From contig JBBQQR010000010.1 of the NCBI GenBank assembly GCA_038215615.1, positions 9,629 through 73,628 on the forward strand: DNA of 64,000 nucleotides, given 5' to 3'. The position numbers and the translations under genes are program-made. Origin of the DNA: Vulcanimicrobiales bacterium. Its GTDB lineage: Bacteria > Vulcanimicrobiota > Vulcanimicrobiia > Vulcanimicrobiales > Vulcanimicrobiaceae. How positions within the stretch are numbered: the stretch's first letter is position 1; every line of letters starts with the position of its first letter. This document shows positions 1 to 8,581 of the stretch, piece by piece. Under the pieces are notes generated by a model. It made no database searches. It was given only the letters and a program-made list of their open reading frames with translations, and was not told where the DNA came from.

Positions 1-452
1 TGGTCGACGCGCCACGTTTTAAAGTAGTCGTCGAAGATTTTTTGAAGCCACACGGGCGTTTGTCCCTTGTCGACGGGCCGGTGCAAGCGGCGCTCGATCT
101 GCTCGCGGACTTTGTCGAGCCCTTCACCGCGATCCAAGCCGATGAACGCGATACGGTCGCCCTTGTAGCCGACATAGACGCGTCCGATTTGCGTGCGCAG
201 CCATGTCAAGACGATCGGCGTGCTGCGGTGTTTACTTTGCAGGGTCGCGATGTGTTCGATCACGCGTTTGGCGAGATCGCACGAGGGTTCGGGCTGCGGG
301 AGGCACGAGAGGCAGTAGGCGACGCCTTCGTACTGTTCGTAGAGATCCTGGCAGTTTTGGCACGCGCGCAGATGGGTGTGGACGGCGGCGCGGAGTGGGG
401 GCATTCCTTCGCGGATATCATCCCACAGCGCTTCGACTTCACGACATCGCAT
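1..452 (-). CDS. ZAS (zf-HC2) anti-sigma domain fused to a probable Ogt/MGMT-like N-terminal domain; runs off the window edge
   Basis: Not in the ORF track; translated by hand from ATG 452: MRCREVEALWDDIREGMPPLRAAVHTHLRACQNCQDLYEQYEGVAYCLSCLPQPEPSC...IVLTWLRTQIGRVYVGYKGDRIAFIGL...WLQKIFDDYFKTWRVD. C3-x23-H27-x3-C31-x2-C34 matches the ZAS motif. Start overlaps the end of the sigma gene. Confidence 0.75.
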   Translation of the reverse strand, partial: MRCREVEALWDDIREGMPPLRAAVHTHLRACQNCQDLYEQYEGVAYCLSCLPQPEPSCDLAKRVIEHIATLQSKHRSTPIVLTWLRTQIGRVYVGYKGDRIAFIGLDRGEGLDKVREQIERRLHRPVDKGQTPVWLQKIFDDYFKTWRVD

Positions 453-1095
453 GGAGAGGGGCTCCTTCCGGCACGACTTTGCCGATTTGCGGTCCGAGGA
501 TACGGCGCAGAATACGCACCGCGCGATGCACGTGCGATTTGACCGTTCCGATCGGTTGGTTGAGAATTTCAGCAATTTCGGGGTGGCTGCGGCCTTCGAT
601 AAACCGCAGCGTGGCTGCGGCGCGCAGATGCATGGGGAGTTGGAGGAGCGCTCGCTCCACCAGCGCCATATCGGCGTTTCGTTCGAGGATCTTTTCGGGC
701 TGCGCGGGGCCATCGTGGCGCGAGCTGCGCAGCAGGGCATCGGGATCGGCCAGCGCATCGAGCGCGACGTTGGTCGGCCGCTTTCCACGCAAGCGGTTTC
801 GCGTAACATTTAAAGTGATGGTGTAGAGCCACGGCTGCAGGCGCAACTCGCCGCGCTGCTCCGGGGACATTTTGGCCAGGGCGCGATACGCGCGGACGAA
901 CGCGTCTTGCACGATCTCTTCGGCGTCTTCGCGGTTGCCGGTCATGCGCAAGGCGAAGCCGTAGAGCCGGCGCTCGTATTCATCGACGATACTGTCGAAG
1001 CGGTCGGCTTCAGGAGCGCCGACACGCTTCACCGCTTTCTTCTGTGCCGGAGCCGGCACCCAATACTCCCTCAAGGACGGTGCGAGAGCGGTCAT
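439..1095 (-). CDS. ECF-family RNA polymerase sigma-70 factor
   Basis: Region 2 (RRLYGFALRMTGNREDAEEIVQDAFVRAY, LQPWLYTI) and region 4 HTH (SHPEIAEILNQPIGTVKSHVHRA). Confidence 0.93.
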   Translation of the reverse strand: MTALAPSLREYWVPAPAQKKAVKRVGAPEADRFDSIVDEYERRLYGFALRMTGNREDAEEIVQDAFVRAYRALAKMSPEQRGELRLQPWLYTITLNVTRNRLRGKRPTNVALDALADPDALLRSSRHDGPAQPEKILERNADMALVERALLQLPMHLRAAATLRFIEGRSHPEIAEILNQPIGTVKSHVHRAVRILRRILGPQIGKVVPEGAPLHAMS

Positions 1096-1106
1096 ATACG
1101 CTTTCG

Positions 1107-1135
1107 AAACACCGCTGCCTGGGGCGAAGGTTTCA
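1107..1135 (-). promoter_or_regulatory. Candidate ECF-type (autoregulatory) promoter
   Basis: Minus strand TGAAAC-N17-GTGTTT ending 11 nt before the sigma ATG; AAC-containing -35 elements are typical of ECF promoters. Confidence 0.35.
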
Positions 1136-1241
1136 CATTAGGCTGGGCGAACCCGTCCGCCATGACGCCCCAAGCGTTCATAAAAATCCCTAACCGTTCA
1201 GGCGCGCTGCGCCGAGCGGTTTTTGCTTTCTGGGGGTACTG

Positions 1242-1631
1242 ATGGAAGCGATCGAGCCGAAGGAAGTTATTTTCGATGCCTACACGATGTGCAGTTTTCT
1301 TCCGGCGCTCGATTCCTCACGAGCTATACCCTTGGTCCTGATCGGTTACCGAAACGGCGAAGATCCGTGGTTCGTTTGGCTCGTGCCCAAAGAAGGCATT
1401 TCAGCCGAAGGCCTGACCGACGATCCGTACTATGCGAAAGTGCTGCGCGATCCGCCCGCGTATTTCGTGAAAAAACTCAACAAATACATCGAGGAAACGG
1501 GTTCGTGCAAACGCGGCGTTGAGATGCTTATCGATTGCCACCAAAATCATCTCGCGTTCACGCCGCTCGTCCACTTGCGCGAACGGCCCTTCACGCACCC
1601 AATGACGGTGGAGTTGCTGGCCGCCGTATAG
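1242..1631 (+). CDS. Hypothetical protein (129 aa)
   Basis: ATG preceded by GGGGG; protein-like composition; fills the gap between neighbours; no motif recognised. Confidence 0.6.
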   Translation: MEAIEPKEVIFDAYTMCSFLPALDSSRAIPLVLIGYRNGEDPWFVWLVPKEGISAEGLTDDPYYAKVLRDPPAYFVKKLNKYIEETGSCKRGVEMLIDCHQNHLAFTPLVHLRERPFTHPMTVELLAAV

Positions 1632-1650
1632 CTTCGTTTCGCTGCAGACG

Positions 1651-2379
1651 CTAGTGCGAGCTCGCCTCGGAACGCGACGGTAGTGCTGACGGCTGCGCCT
1701 TGATCGATCGCTCGTAGACGATCGTCACCGGCGAGTGGCGCGAGCCGTTTTGCAGCGTGCCCGAAATCGTGAGCGTTTCGTTCAGCGCGAGCAGAAGCGG
1801 ATCGCCGCTCATCGCATAATATGCGGTTCCGCGCATGCGCATCGTTCCGCGCATCGTCATCGACGCACGGTCCGGGAGTGGACCCGCCATCGGTCCGGCC
1901 GCGTCGAAGTTGACGGCTAAGGCGTTCTGCGAGGCAACGCGTTCGTTTGCGCCCCGCCGTAGGTAGCCGCGCAGCGTGCCGCCCATAACCGGCGCGGGGA
2001 ACTCGAACGGAACGTCGCTCTTTAACCGAAGCAAATCGTGGAGCGTTTGCTGGTCGAGCTCGATCGCAAAGGGCTGGTTGAGGACGGTCAGATAATCGGG
2101 GTCGCCGTCGGTACGGTCTTGCAGCTCGCCTTGCGACGTCAAAATCTGAACGAAGGCGGCGTGGGTCGGAACCCGCCCGCTTTCATCGATGCGCAGGTAC
2201 TTCGCATCGGCCCGGAACTGTGTCTGCTTCCCTACACTGCGAATCGTCAGCTGCTGGGTGCCGCTGTACGAGATGTTGGTTTGCAGGTCAGAGGAACCGA
2301 TCCGGTACCGGTCGCTTCCGCTGACGGCGTATCGCTGATCGGCGCGGGCGGGCAGCGCAATCACCAGTACCGCTACCAT
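1651..2379 (-). CDS. Hypothetical secreted beta-rich protein
   Basis: Hydrophobic N-terminus with ARA cleavage site; true start may be ATC at 2412. Confidence 0.7.
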   Translation of the reverse strand: MVAVLVIALPARADQRYAVSGSDRYRIGSSDLQTNISYSGTQQLTIRSVGKQTQFRADAKYLRIDESGRVPTHAAFVQILTSQGELQDRTDGDPDYLTVLNQPFAIELDQQTLHDLLRLKSDVPFEFPAPVMGGTLRGYLRRGANERVASQNALAVNFDAAGPMAGPLPDRASMTMRGTMRMRGTAYYAMSGDPLLLALNETLTISGTLQNGSRHSPVTIVYERSIKAQPSALPSRSEASSH

Positions 2380-2533
2380 GCCGAGGCCGACGATGCTGCG
2401 GTGACGAGTGATGGCTTGGACTCTCTTTCTTGGTCGTTCTAGGTGGATAGGCCCAATTTGCTGAACCTATTATCCCAATAAAGACGCTTAGTTCAAACGT
2501 CTGAAGGTGGGAAGTTTGGGTACGCTCCGGTGC

Positions 2534-3820
2534 GTGAAGGCCGCCAGCATTGCCTTATCCTTTTTGCTGATCCTTGGGCCTCTGCTCACGGTTATCCCCG
2601 CAATTGCGTCTCCTACTGCTGAAATCCCCAACGCTCCGACGGCGGTTGCAGTGACGCTGCAGCGCATTTACCAGCGCGCCTACGACGAGGCCTACAGCCG
2701 GCACGCCAAGGTCGAGCGCGACGGAACGACCTTCGTTTCCACCGGGGACATCGACGCGGAATGGCTGCGGGATTCGAGCGCGGTGTTGATGCCGTACATC
2801 GGGCTGGCTTCTACGGATTCATATGTGCGGAATATGCTTCGTGGAGCAATCGCGCGCCAAGCCAAGTACATCCTCATCGATCCCTACGCCAACGCGTTTA
2901 CCGACGATTACCAAGTCGCGGAACGCAAGTTCGAAATGGATTCGCTGCTCTATCCGATCCGGTTGGCGTACGTGTACTGGAAGGCCACGGGCGACCGTTC
3001 GATCTTCACGCCGACCCTCCAACGGGCCATGACGACGGCGGTGCGAACGCTTCGTCTCGAGCAGCACCACGCGACCCGCTCGCATTACCGGCATGCCGAA
3101 CTCGCCAACAACGGCATCGGCACGCGCGTGGCCTACACGGGTCTGGTTTGGACCGCATTCCGGCCGTCTGACGATGCCGCGCGTTATCAGTACAACATTC
3201 CCGACAATATGTTTGCGGCGGTGGTGCTGCAGCAGCTGACCGAGATCGAACGAAAAGTTTACCGCGACAATGCGATGGCGCTCGAAACTTGGGGGCTAGC
3301 CGTCCAGATCCGTCATGGCATCGAACACAACGCACTGGTCAACGTGCCGGGACTCGGCCGTATCTACGCCTACGAAATCGACGGTTTCGGAAACCTCACT
3401 TTGATGGACGACGCCAATGTTCCGTCGCTGCTCGCGGCGCCGTACTTCGGGTACGTCAACGCGCGCGATTCGGTCTACAAGGCGACTCGCGCGTTCGTTC
3501 TCTCGCAGCGTAACCCGTACTATTTTGCCGGAAAATACGCGTCGGGCGTCGGCAGTCCGCATACGCCGCACGGCTACATTTGGCCGCTTTCGCTGGTGAT
3601 GGAAGCGATTACGTCGACCGATGCGAGCGAGGTAGACAAGGTGATGGGCTACATCGCCGCGTCAGATACGGGCGATCACCGCTTGCACGAATCGTTTAAT
3701 TCGGATTGGCCGGAGTCATATACGCGCGACGATTTCGCGTGGCCCAATGCGCTCTTCGCGCAGTTAATGCTCGCGCGCCAGGGCCGTCTGCCGGCCGTGC
3801 TGGAATCGCTCGCGCGCTAG
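2534..3820 (+). CDS. Secreted glycoside hydrolase family 125 (exo-alpha-1,6-mannosidase-like)
   Basis: TGDIDAEWLRDS, IDPYANAF, ERKFEMDSL, FRPSDD, MDDANVPSLL, GSPHTP, FAWPNALF motifs; signal peptide; start uncertain (2507 or 2534). Confidence 0.88.
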   Translation: MKAASIALSFLLILGPLLTVIPAIASPTAEIPNAPTAVAVTLQRIYQRAYDEAYSRHAKVERDGTTFVSTGDIDAEWLRDSSAVLMPYIGLASTDSYVRNMLRGAIARQAKYILIDPYANAFTDDYQVAERKFEMDSLLYPIRLAYVYWKATGDRSIFTPTLQRAMTTAVRTLRLEQHHATRSHYRHAELANNGIGTRVAYTGLVWTAFRPSDDAARYQYNIPDNMFAAVVLQQLTEIERKVYRDNAMALETWGLAVQIRHGIEHNALVNVPGLGRIYAYEIDGFGNLTLMDDANVPSLLAAPYFGYVNARDSVYKATRAFVLSQRNPYYFAGKYASGVGSPHTPHGYIWPLSLVMEAITSTDASEVDKVMGYIAASDTGDHRLHESFNSDWPESYTRDDFAWPNALFAQLMLARQGRLPAVLESLAR

Positions 3821-4117
3821 AAAAAATCTGACCCGCACGGTTTCGCCGCCGCAGACCACGACTTCGTCGGGATGCGCGAAGGTGCGGCCGTTCACGTCAA
3901 CGGTGAAACGCCCGGCGCGCAGACCCGCGATGGTCGCGCGTAAGTTTCGCATGAAATGTTCTTGGGATGCCCGCGCGCCGATAACTTCGCGAACGGCCAG
4001 CGAGAGCAGATGATACAAACGCAGCGGTGTAGCCGACGCAAACGCGCTGCAGCCGCTTTCCGCGACTGCGTGGAGATCGACGGGCACGCGCACCGTAATC
4101 ACGCCCGTAGTCTTCAC
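3764..4117 (-). CDS. Hypothetical protein (117 aa)
   Basis: Only plausible ORF in the gap; 3' end overlaps the GH125 gene convergently. Confidence 0.5.
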   Translation of the reverse strand: MKTTGVITVRVPVDLHAVAESGCSAFASATPLRLYHLLSLAVREVIGARASQEHFMRNLRATIAGLRAGRFTVDVNGRTFAHPDEVVVCGGETVRVRFFLARERFQHGRQTALAREH

Positions 4118-4161
4118 GCAGTTCCGAGGACCTGCCTGCTGTTTGGGCTAATCAATTTAGC

Positions 4162-4944
4162 GTGGACGACGACGATCTCAGACGGCGGCGCCGGCTAACG
4201 CCATCGGGGCCGCGGCGTTCATCCGGCGGTGGAAACGGCTGGGCTATTACCATTGCTGCCGCCGTGGTCGTTGTGATCGCCGGGTGGTTCTTGGGCATGG
4301 CGTTGGCGCGCTTTGCGAACGCGCCGAAAAAACAAAATACGGTTGCGAACATTACGCCTTCACCGACCGCGTCACCGGCGCAAGCTCCAACGCCGGCCGC
4401 ATCGCCTTCCGTAACGCCGTCACCCGCGAAGTCATCGAAGCCTTCGCCGAAACCCAAGCCGAGCGCAACTACGGCAGCCTCCGCGACACCATCGCCTGCG
4501 CCGACGCTGTCCGCGGGCCCAACCGCCGCGCCGACAGCTCCGCCCACGGCAAAGCCTACTCCAAAACCCACACCGGTACGCACCGCCGCGCCGCGCCGCA
4601 CGTTACCGGTGGGCCGCCGGCCCGAGCCGACGCCTGCGCGCGCCGTGCCCGCTGCCCCGGTGCCTTCAAACGCGGCCGAAGTAACCGTACGATCCTATAT
4701 CGAGGCGCTGCGCAGCGGCGATCCGCAGACCGCGGCATCATATCTGGGGAACGGCTCACCCGACGAAAGTTTCATCAACTCGAGCGCGCACATCGTCAGC
4801 ATGCATACGGCGCGTGAGGCCGACGGCAGCTTCGTCGTGGCGGTGACGCTCTCTACGCCATCGGGAAGTTATTTGGAAACGTTCGACGTGTCGTCGGCCG
4901 CGGACGGCAGTAAGATCTTACAGAAGAGCGTTTCGAAGCTGTAG
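4162..4944 (+). CDS. Membrane-anchored Pro/Thr/Ala-rich protein with a small C-terminal domain
   Basis: Charged N-terminus, one TM helix (WAITIAAAVVVVIAGWFLGMAL), long TPSP/TPKP linker, about 90-aa globular tail. Confidence 0.75.
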   Translation: MDDDDLRRRRRLTPSGPRRSSGGGNGWAITIAAAVVVVIAGWFLGMALARFANAPKKQNTVANITPSPTASPAQAPTPAASPSVTPSPAKSSKPSPKPKPSATTAASATPSPAPTLSAGPTAAPTAPPTAKPTPKPTPVRTAAPRRTLPVGRRPEPTPARAVPAAPVPSNAAEVTVRSYIEALRSGDPQTAASYLGNGSPDESFINSSAHIVSMHTAREADGSFVVAVTLSTPSGSYLETFDVSSAADGSKILQKSVSKL

Positions 4945-4945
4945 C

Positions 4946-5338
4946 TTAAGCTTCGTCGGGCCACGCGGCGAGCTCGCCGATCGCAGCACTTTTCAAGACT
5001 TTGAGTCCGAGCATCGCGCACTTCATGCGGGTCGGACTGATCCCGATGCCGACGTTTTCCAGCACCGCTTCTTTCGGTAACGTTGCGATCTCGGAGAGCG
5101 ACTTGCCCTTAATGCTTTCGGTCAGCATCGACGCGGAAGCTTGACTGATCGCGCAACCCTTGCCGGAAAATCTCACGTCCTGCACCAAACCGCTCTTGTC
5201 CACTTTCAATTCCATGCGGATCTGATCGCCGCAGAGCGGGTTGAGATCTTCCGCGGATGCGTCGGCGCTCTCGAACCGGCCGAAGTTGCGCGGATTGCGG
5301 TAGTGATCCAGGATGTAGTCGCGGTAGAAGTCGTCCAC
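4946..5338 (-). CDS. sufU: SufU/IscU-family Fe-S scaffold or sulfur transfer protein
   Basis: ILDHYRNPRN, NPLCGD, GCAISQASAS, RMKCA; directly downstream of sufS. Confidence 0.9.
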   Translation of the reverse strand: MDDFYRDYILDHYRNPRNFGRFESADASAEDLNPLCGDQIRMELKVDKSGLVQDVRFSGKGCAISQASASMLTESIKGKSLSEIATLPKEAVLENVGIGISPTRMKCAMLGLKVLKSAAIGELAAWPDEA

Positions 5339-5340
5339 GG

Positions 5341-6588
5341 CTAGAGTTTGAAGACGCGGGCGGCTTTTTCAATACCCGTAACCAGCGCGTCGATATCTTC
5401 CTCGGTATTGTAAATATAGAACGAGGCGCGCGCGGTGGCGGGCCAGCCCATCTTTTCCATCAATGGCATGGTGCAGTGGTGGCCGGCGCGCACGCAGACG
5501 CCGTCGGTGTCGAGAATCGAGGCGAGATCGTGTGGATGCACGTCGCCGAAATTAAACGAGATGACGTCGGCGATACGTTGGGGATCGCGCGGACCGTAAA
5601 TCGCCAGGCCGCGGCTTTCAAGTGTTGCCAGACGTTCGAGCGCATAGGTGACGAGCCGCCGCTCGTGGTCGCGCACCCACTCCATGCCGACGCCGCCTAG
5701 GTAGTCTACGGCGACCGCAAACGCAATCGCGTCGGCCACGTTGCTCGTGCCGGCTTCAAATTTCCAGGGCAATTCGTTGAACGTCGATTTCGCGTACTCC
5801 ACTTTGCGGATCATGTCGCCGCCGGTCAAGAAGGGCGGCATCGCTTCGAGCAGCGCACGTTTTCCGTAGAGCACGCCGATGCCGGTCGGGCCTAACATCT
5901 TGTGTGCGCTGAACGCGTAGAAGTCGGCGTCGAGCGCCTTGAGGTCGACGGGCATGTTCGGCGCAGCCTGCGCGCCGTCAACCATGACCAGCGCTCCGGC
6001 GGCGTGCGCACGCGGAATGATGACATCGAGCGGTGCGATCGTGCCGAGCGAATTGCTGACGTGCGAGAGCGCGACGAGTTTGCAACCGTCGAGCAGCGCG
6101 TCGAGATCGTCGAGCACGTGCAGCCCACGGTCGTCTACCGGAATGAAGCGCAGCTCCGCGCTGGTTTTTTCCGCCAGCAGCTGCCACGGCACGAGATTAG
6201 AGTGGTGCTCGAGCTGCGTCACCAGGATCGCATCACCGCGCCGCACGTTCTGCAGGCCCCATGAATAGGCGACGAGGTTGATCGACTCGGTCGTGTTGCG
6301 CGTCCAGATAATCTCTTGGGTCTGGGCGTTAAAGAACGATGCTACCGTTTCGCGCGCCTTCTCGAATTCGGCGGTGGCGCGCTCGGCGATCTCGTAAACG
6401 CCCCGGTGAATGTTGGCGTTGTACTGCGAGTAGTAGTGGACAAGCGCGTCGATCACGGCTTGCGGCTTCTGCGAAGTTGCCGCCGAATCAAGATAGACGA
6501 GGCGCTTGCCGCGTGAAGTCGGGCGCTGCAATATCGGAAAGTCGGTTATGATGCGCCGGACTTTGGCTTCGGCGATCGCGACGCTCAC
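5341..6588 (-). CDS. sufS: Cysteine desulfurase SufS
   Basis: YLDSAATSQKP, EHHSN, SAHKM (PLP lysine), RAGHHC. Confidence 0.95.
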   Translation of the reverse strand: MSVAIAEAKVRRIITDFPILQRPTSRGKRLVYLDSAATSQKPQAVIDALVHYYSQYNANIHRGVYEIAERATAEFEKARETVASFFNAQTQEIIWTRNTTESINLVAYSWGLQNVRRGDAILVTQLEHHSNLVPWQLLAEKTSAELRFIPVDDRGLHVLDDLDALLDGCKLVALSHVSNSLGTIAPLDVIIPRAHAAGALVMVDGAQAAPNMPVDLKALDADFYAFSAHKMLGPTGIGVLYGKRALLEAMPPFLTGGDMIRKVEYAKSTFNELPWKFEAGTSNVADAIAFAVAVDYLGGVGMEWVRDHERRLVTYALERLATLESRGLAIYGPRDPQRIADVISFNFGDVHPHDLASILDTDGVCVRAGHHCTMPLMEKMGWPATARASFYIYNTEEDIDALVTGIEKAARVFKL

Positions 6589-7694
6589 GCGATTTTCGCT
6601 TCCAGGGCGGCCCGCAGTCTGTCGCGCATGGCGGCGGTCGGAAAACGCTCGACGACGGGCTCAAAAAAGCCGAGCGCGATCATCTTTTCGGCGGATTCGC
6701 GTTCGATGCCGCGGCTTTCCATATAGAAAATCAGGTTTTCGTCGAGTGCGCCGATGGTGGCGCCGTGAAACGCTTTGACGTCGTTGGCGCCGATTTCGAG
6801 CGCCGGCACGGAATCGATGTGCGCGCGCGGCGAGAGCAGCAGCGCGTCGTCGCGCAGCGATGCTTCGGTGCCTTGCGCGTGCGGTGCAATGCGAATATTT
6901 CCAAGGTAGCGCGCCTGGCCGCGGCCGGTCGCCGCGGACTTGATCAGCGTTTGCGATTGCGATTCGCCCACGTTATGGCGGATCGTCGAAACCATGTCGA
7001 CGTGTTGATCCTGGCGCGGGAAGAAGAAGCCGTTGAGGTGCGCGTCCACGCCGGGATGGTCGACGAGCACATCGATGCGCGAGACCGATAGCGCGGCACC
7101 GACTTCCGCGACGCACCACGTTACGGAGGCATCTTTGCCGGGAGAGGCTGCGCGCGTGAAAAACGCTTGCGACTCCAGTGGCAGATTTTGTTCGGCGGCA
7201 TAGGTGACGGAAGCGCTTTCGGCAGCGACGATCTCAGCGATGCCGCAGACGACATCAGCGGACTCACCTTCGATGCGCTCGATGACCGTGCAACGTGCAC
7301 CGCGATCGACCACTACCAGTGTATGCGGAAAGAGCGCGCCGTTTTTCGCGGTGTACGTAATTTCGATCGGGTCATCGATCGATTGATCGGGCGGAACGTA
7401 GACGAAAGCACCGGTATTACAGAGCGCGGCTGAGAGTGCTGCAAATTTATCGTTGAGCGTTCCCGTGACGCTGCCGAAGGCGCGATTGAAAAGTTCGGCG
7501 TGATCGCGCCTGGCGGTCTCAAGTCCGCAGGCGATCAGTCCGGGCTTGGACGGCGCAGCGATCTGCGGATCCGATGCCGGAGCTGCCTTCAAAGAAGAGA
7601 AGTCGATCGCGTCGAGATCGATCTTCCAAAATTGTCCGGGACGTTCGCGGCCCGAACGCAATTCGAGCGCCCGCTCGAGGGTCGCGCTAGGCAA
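6585..7694 (-). CDS. sufD: Fe-S assembly protein SufD
   Basis: SVPALEIGANDVKAFHGATIG, FYMESRGI; TTG 7694 overlaps the end of sufC. Confidence 0.88.
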   Translation of the reverse strand: MPSATLERALELRSGRERPGQFWKIDLDAIDFSSLKAAPASDPQIAAPSKPGLIACGLETARRDHAELFNRAFGSVTGTLNDKFAALSAALCNTGAFVYVPPDQSIDDPIEITYTAKNGALFPHTLVVVDRGARCTVIERIEGESADVVCGIAEIVAAESASVTYAAEQNLPLESQAFFTRAASPGKDASVTWCVAEVGAALSVSRIDVLVDHPGVDAHLNGFFFPRQDQHVDMVSTIRHNVGESQSQTLIKSAATGRGQARYLGNIRIAPHAQGTEASLRDDALLLSPRAHIDSVPALEIGANDVKAFHGATIGALDENLIFYMESRGIERESAEKMIALGFFEPVVERFPTAAMRDRLRAALEAKIA

Positions 7695-8457
7695 TCTGCG
7701 CCGTCTCCTCGCGGATCTTGTCGTAGCCTTCACGTTCGATGCGCTGCGCGAGTTCGGCGTCGCCTTCTTTGACGATACGTCCGTCGATCATGATGTGCAC
7801 GACATCGGGCTGAACGTACTGCAAGATGCGCGGATAGTGCGTGATGATCAGGAAACCCGTATTTTTTCCGGTTTCGCTCGCGCGCATCGCGTTGACCGAT
7901 TCGCCGACGGCTCGCAGTGCGTCAACGTCGAGTCCGGAGTCGGTTTCGTCGAGGATCGCATATTTCGGCGCGAGCATCGCGAGCTGCAGCATTTCGAGCC
8001 GTTTTTTCTCGCCCCCGGAAAAACCGTCGTTGAGATAGCGGCCCATGAAACTCGGATCCATGTCGAGCAGATCCATTTTCTCTAGGAGCAGCGCGCGGAA
8101 TTTCGCCGGCGGAAGATCGCCGGGGTGCAGCGCTTGCCGCGCGGCAAACAAAAAGTTCGCAACTTTCACGCCTGGGATAGCGGCGGGGTATTGAAAGGAG
8201 AGGAAGAGTCCGGCCTTCGCGCGTTTGTCGGGCGGCATGGCGAGCACGTCGGCGCCGTCGAGCGTGACCGAACCGCTCTCTACCTTAAAGCCGGGGTGGC
8301 CGGTGAGTGAAAACGCGAGCGTCGATTTGCCGCTGCCGTTGGGTCCCATCAAGGCGTGAACGCGCCCGGCTTCGACCGAAAGGTCGATGCCCTTGAGAAT
8401 CTGGGTTCCGCCAGCGCTGGCGCGCAGCTGGTGAATATGTAGGCCCCGTTCGGACAC
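7687..8457 (-). CDS. sufC: Fe-S assembly ATPase SufC
   Basis: GPNGSGKST, FQYP, FSGGEKKR, LDETDSGLDVD, ITHY; GTG 8457 with AAGGAG RBS. Confidence 0.95.
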   Translation of the reverse strand: MSERGLHIHQLRASAGGTQILKGIDLSVEAGRVHALMGPNGSGKSTLAFSLTGHPGFKVESGSVTLDGADVLAMPPDKRAKAGLFLSFQYPAAIPGVKVANFLFAARQALHPGDLPPAKFRALLLEKMDLLDMDPSFMGRYLNDGFSGGEKKRLEMLQLAMLAPKYAILDETDSGLDVDALRAVGESVNAMRASETGKNTGFLIITHYPRILQYVQPDVVHIMIDGRIVKEGDAELAQRIEREGYDKIREETAQIA

Positions 8458-8504
8458 GCTTGGCTCCTTCGGCGATACGGAAAGCGGCCTAAGCCGCCTC
8501 TCCA

Positions 8505-8533
8505 ATCCTACGGACCGGGGTAGAGAAAGTCAA
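8505..8533 (-). promoter_or_regulatory. Sigma70-type promoter for sufCDSU
   Basis: Minus strand TTGACT-N17-TAGGAT upstream of sufC. Confidence 0.6.
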
Positions 8534-8541
8534 GGAAAACC

Positions 8542-8570
8542 TGGACTATCTGCGTATTTCGTGCTAGCAT
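8542..8570 (+). promoter_or_regulatory. Sigma70-type promoter for the sufR-like gene
   Basis: TGGACT-N17-TAGCAT with extended TG; implies a nearly leaderless mRNA for ATG 8582. Confidence 0.5.
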
Positions 8571-8581
8571 TCGAGCAGATT

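Noticed and set aside
4350..4660. Repetitive CCG/ACG-rich DNA (also 23220-23520)
   Set aside because: Explained by Pro/Thr/Ser/Ala low-complexity protein linkers; no fixed-period repeats or spacers, so not a CRISPR array or VNTR.
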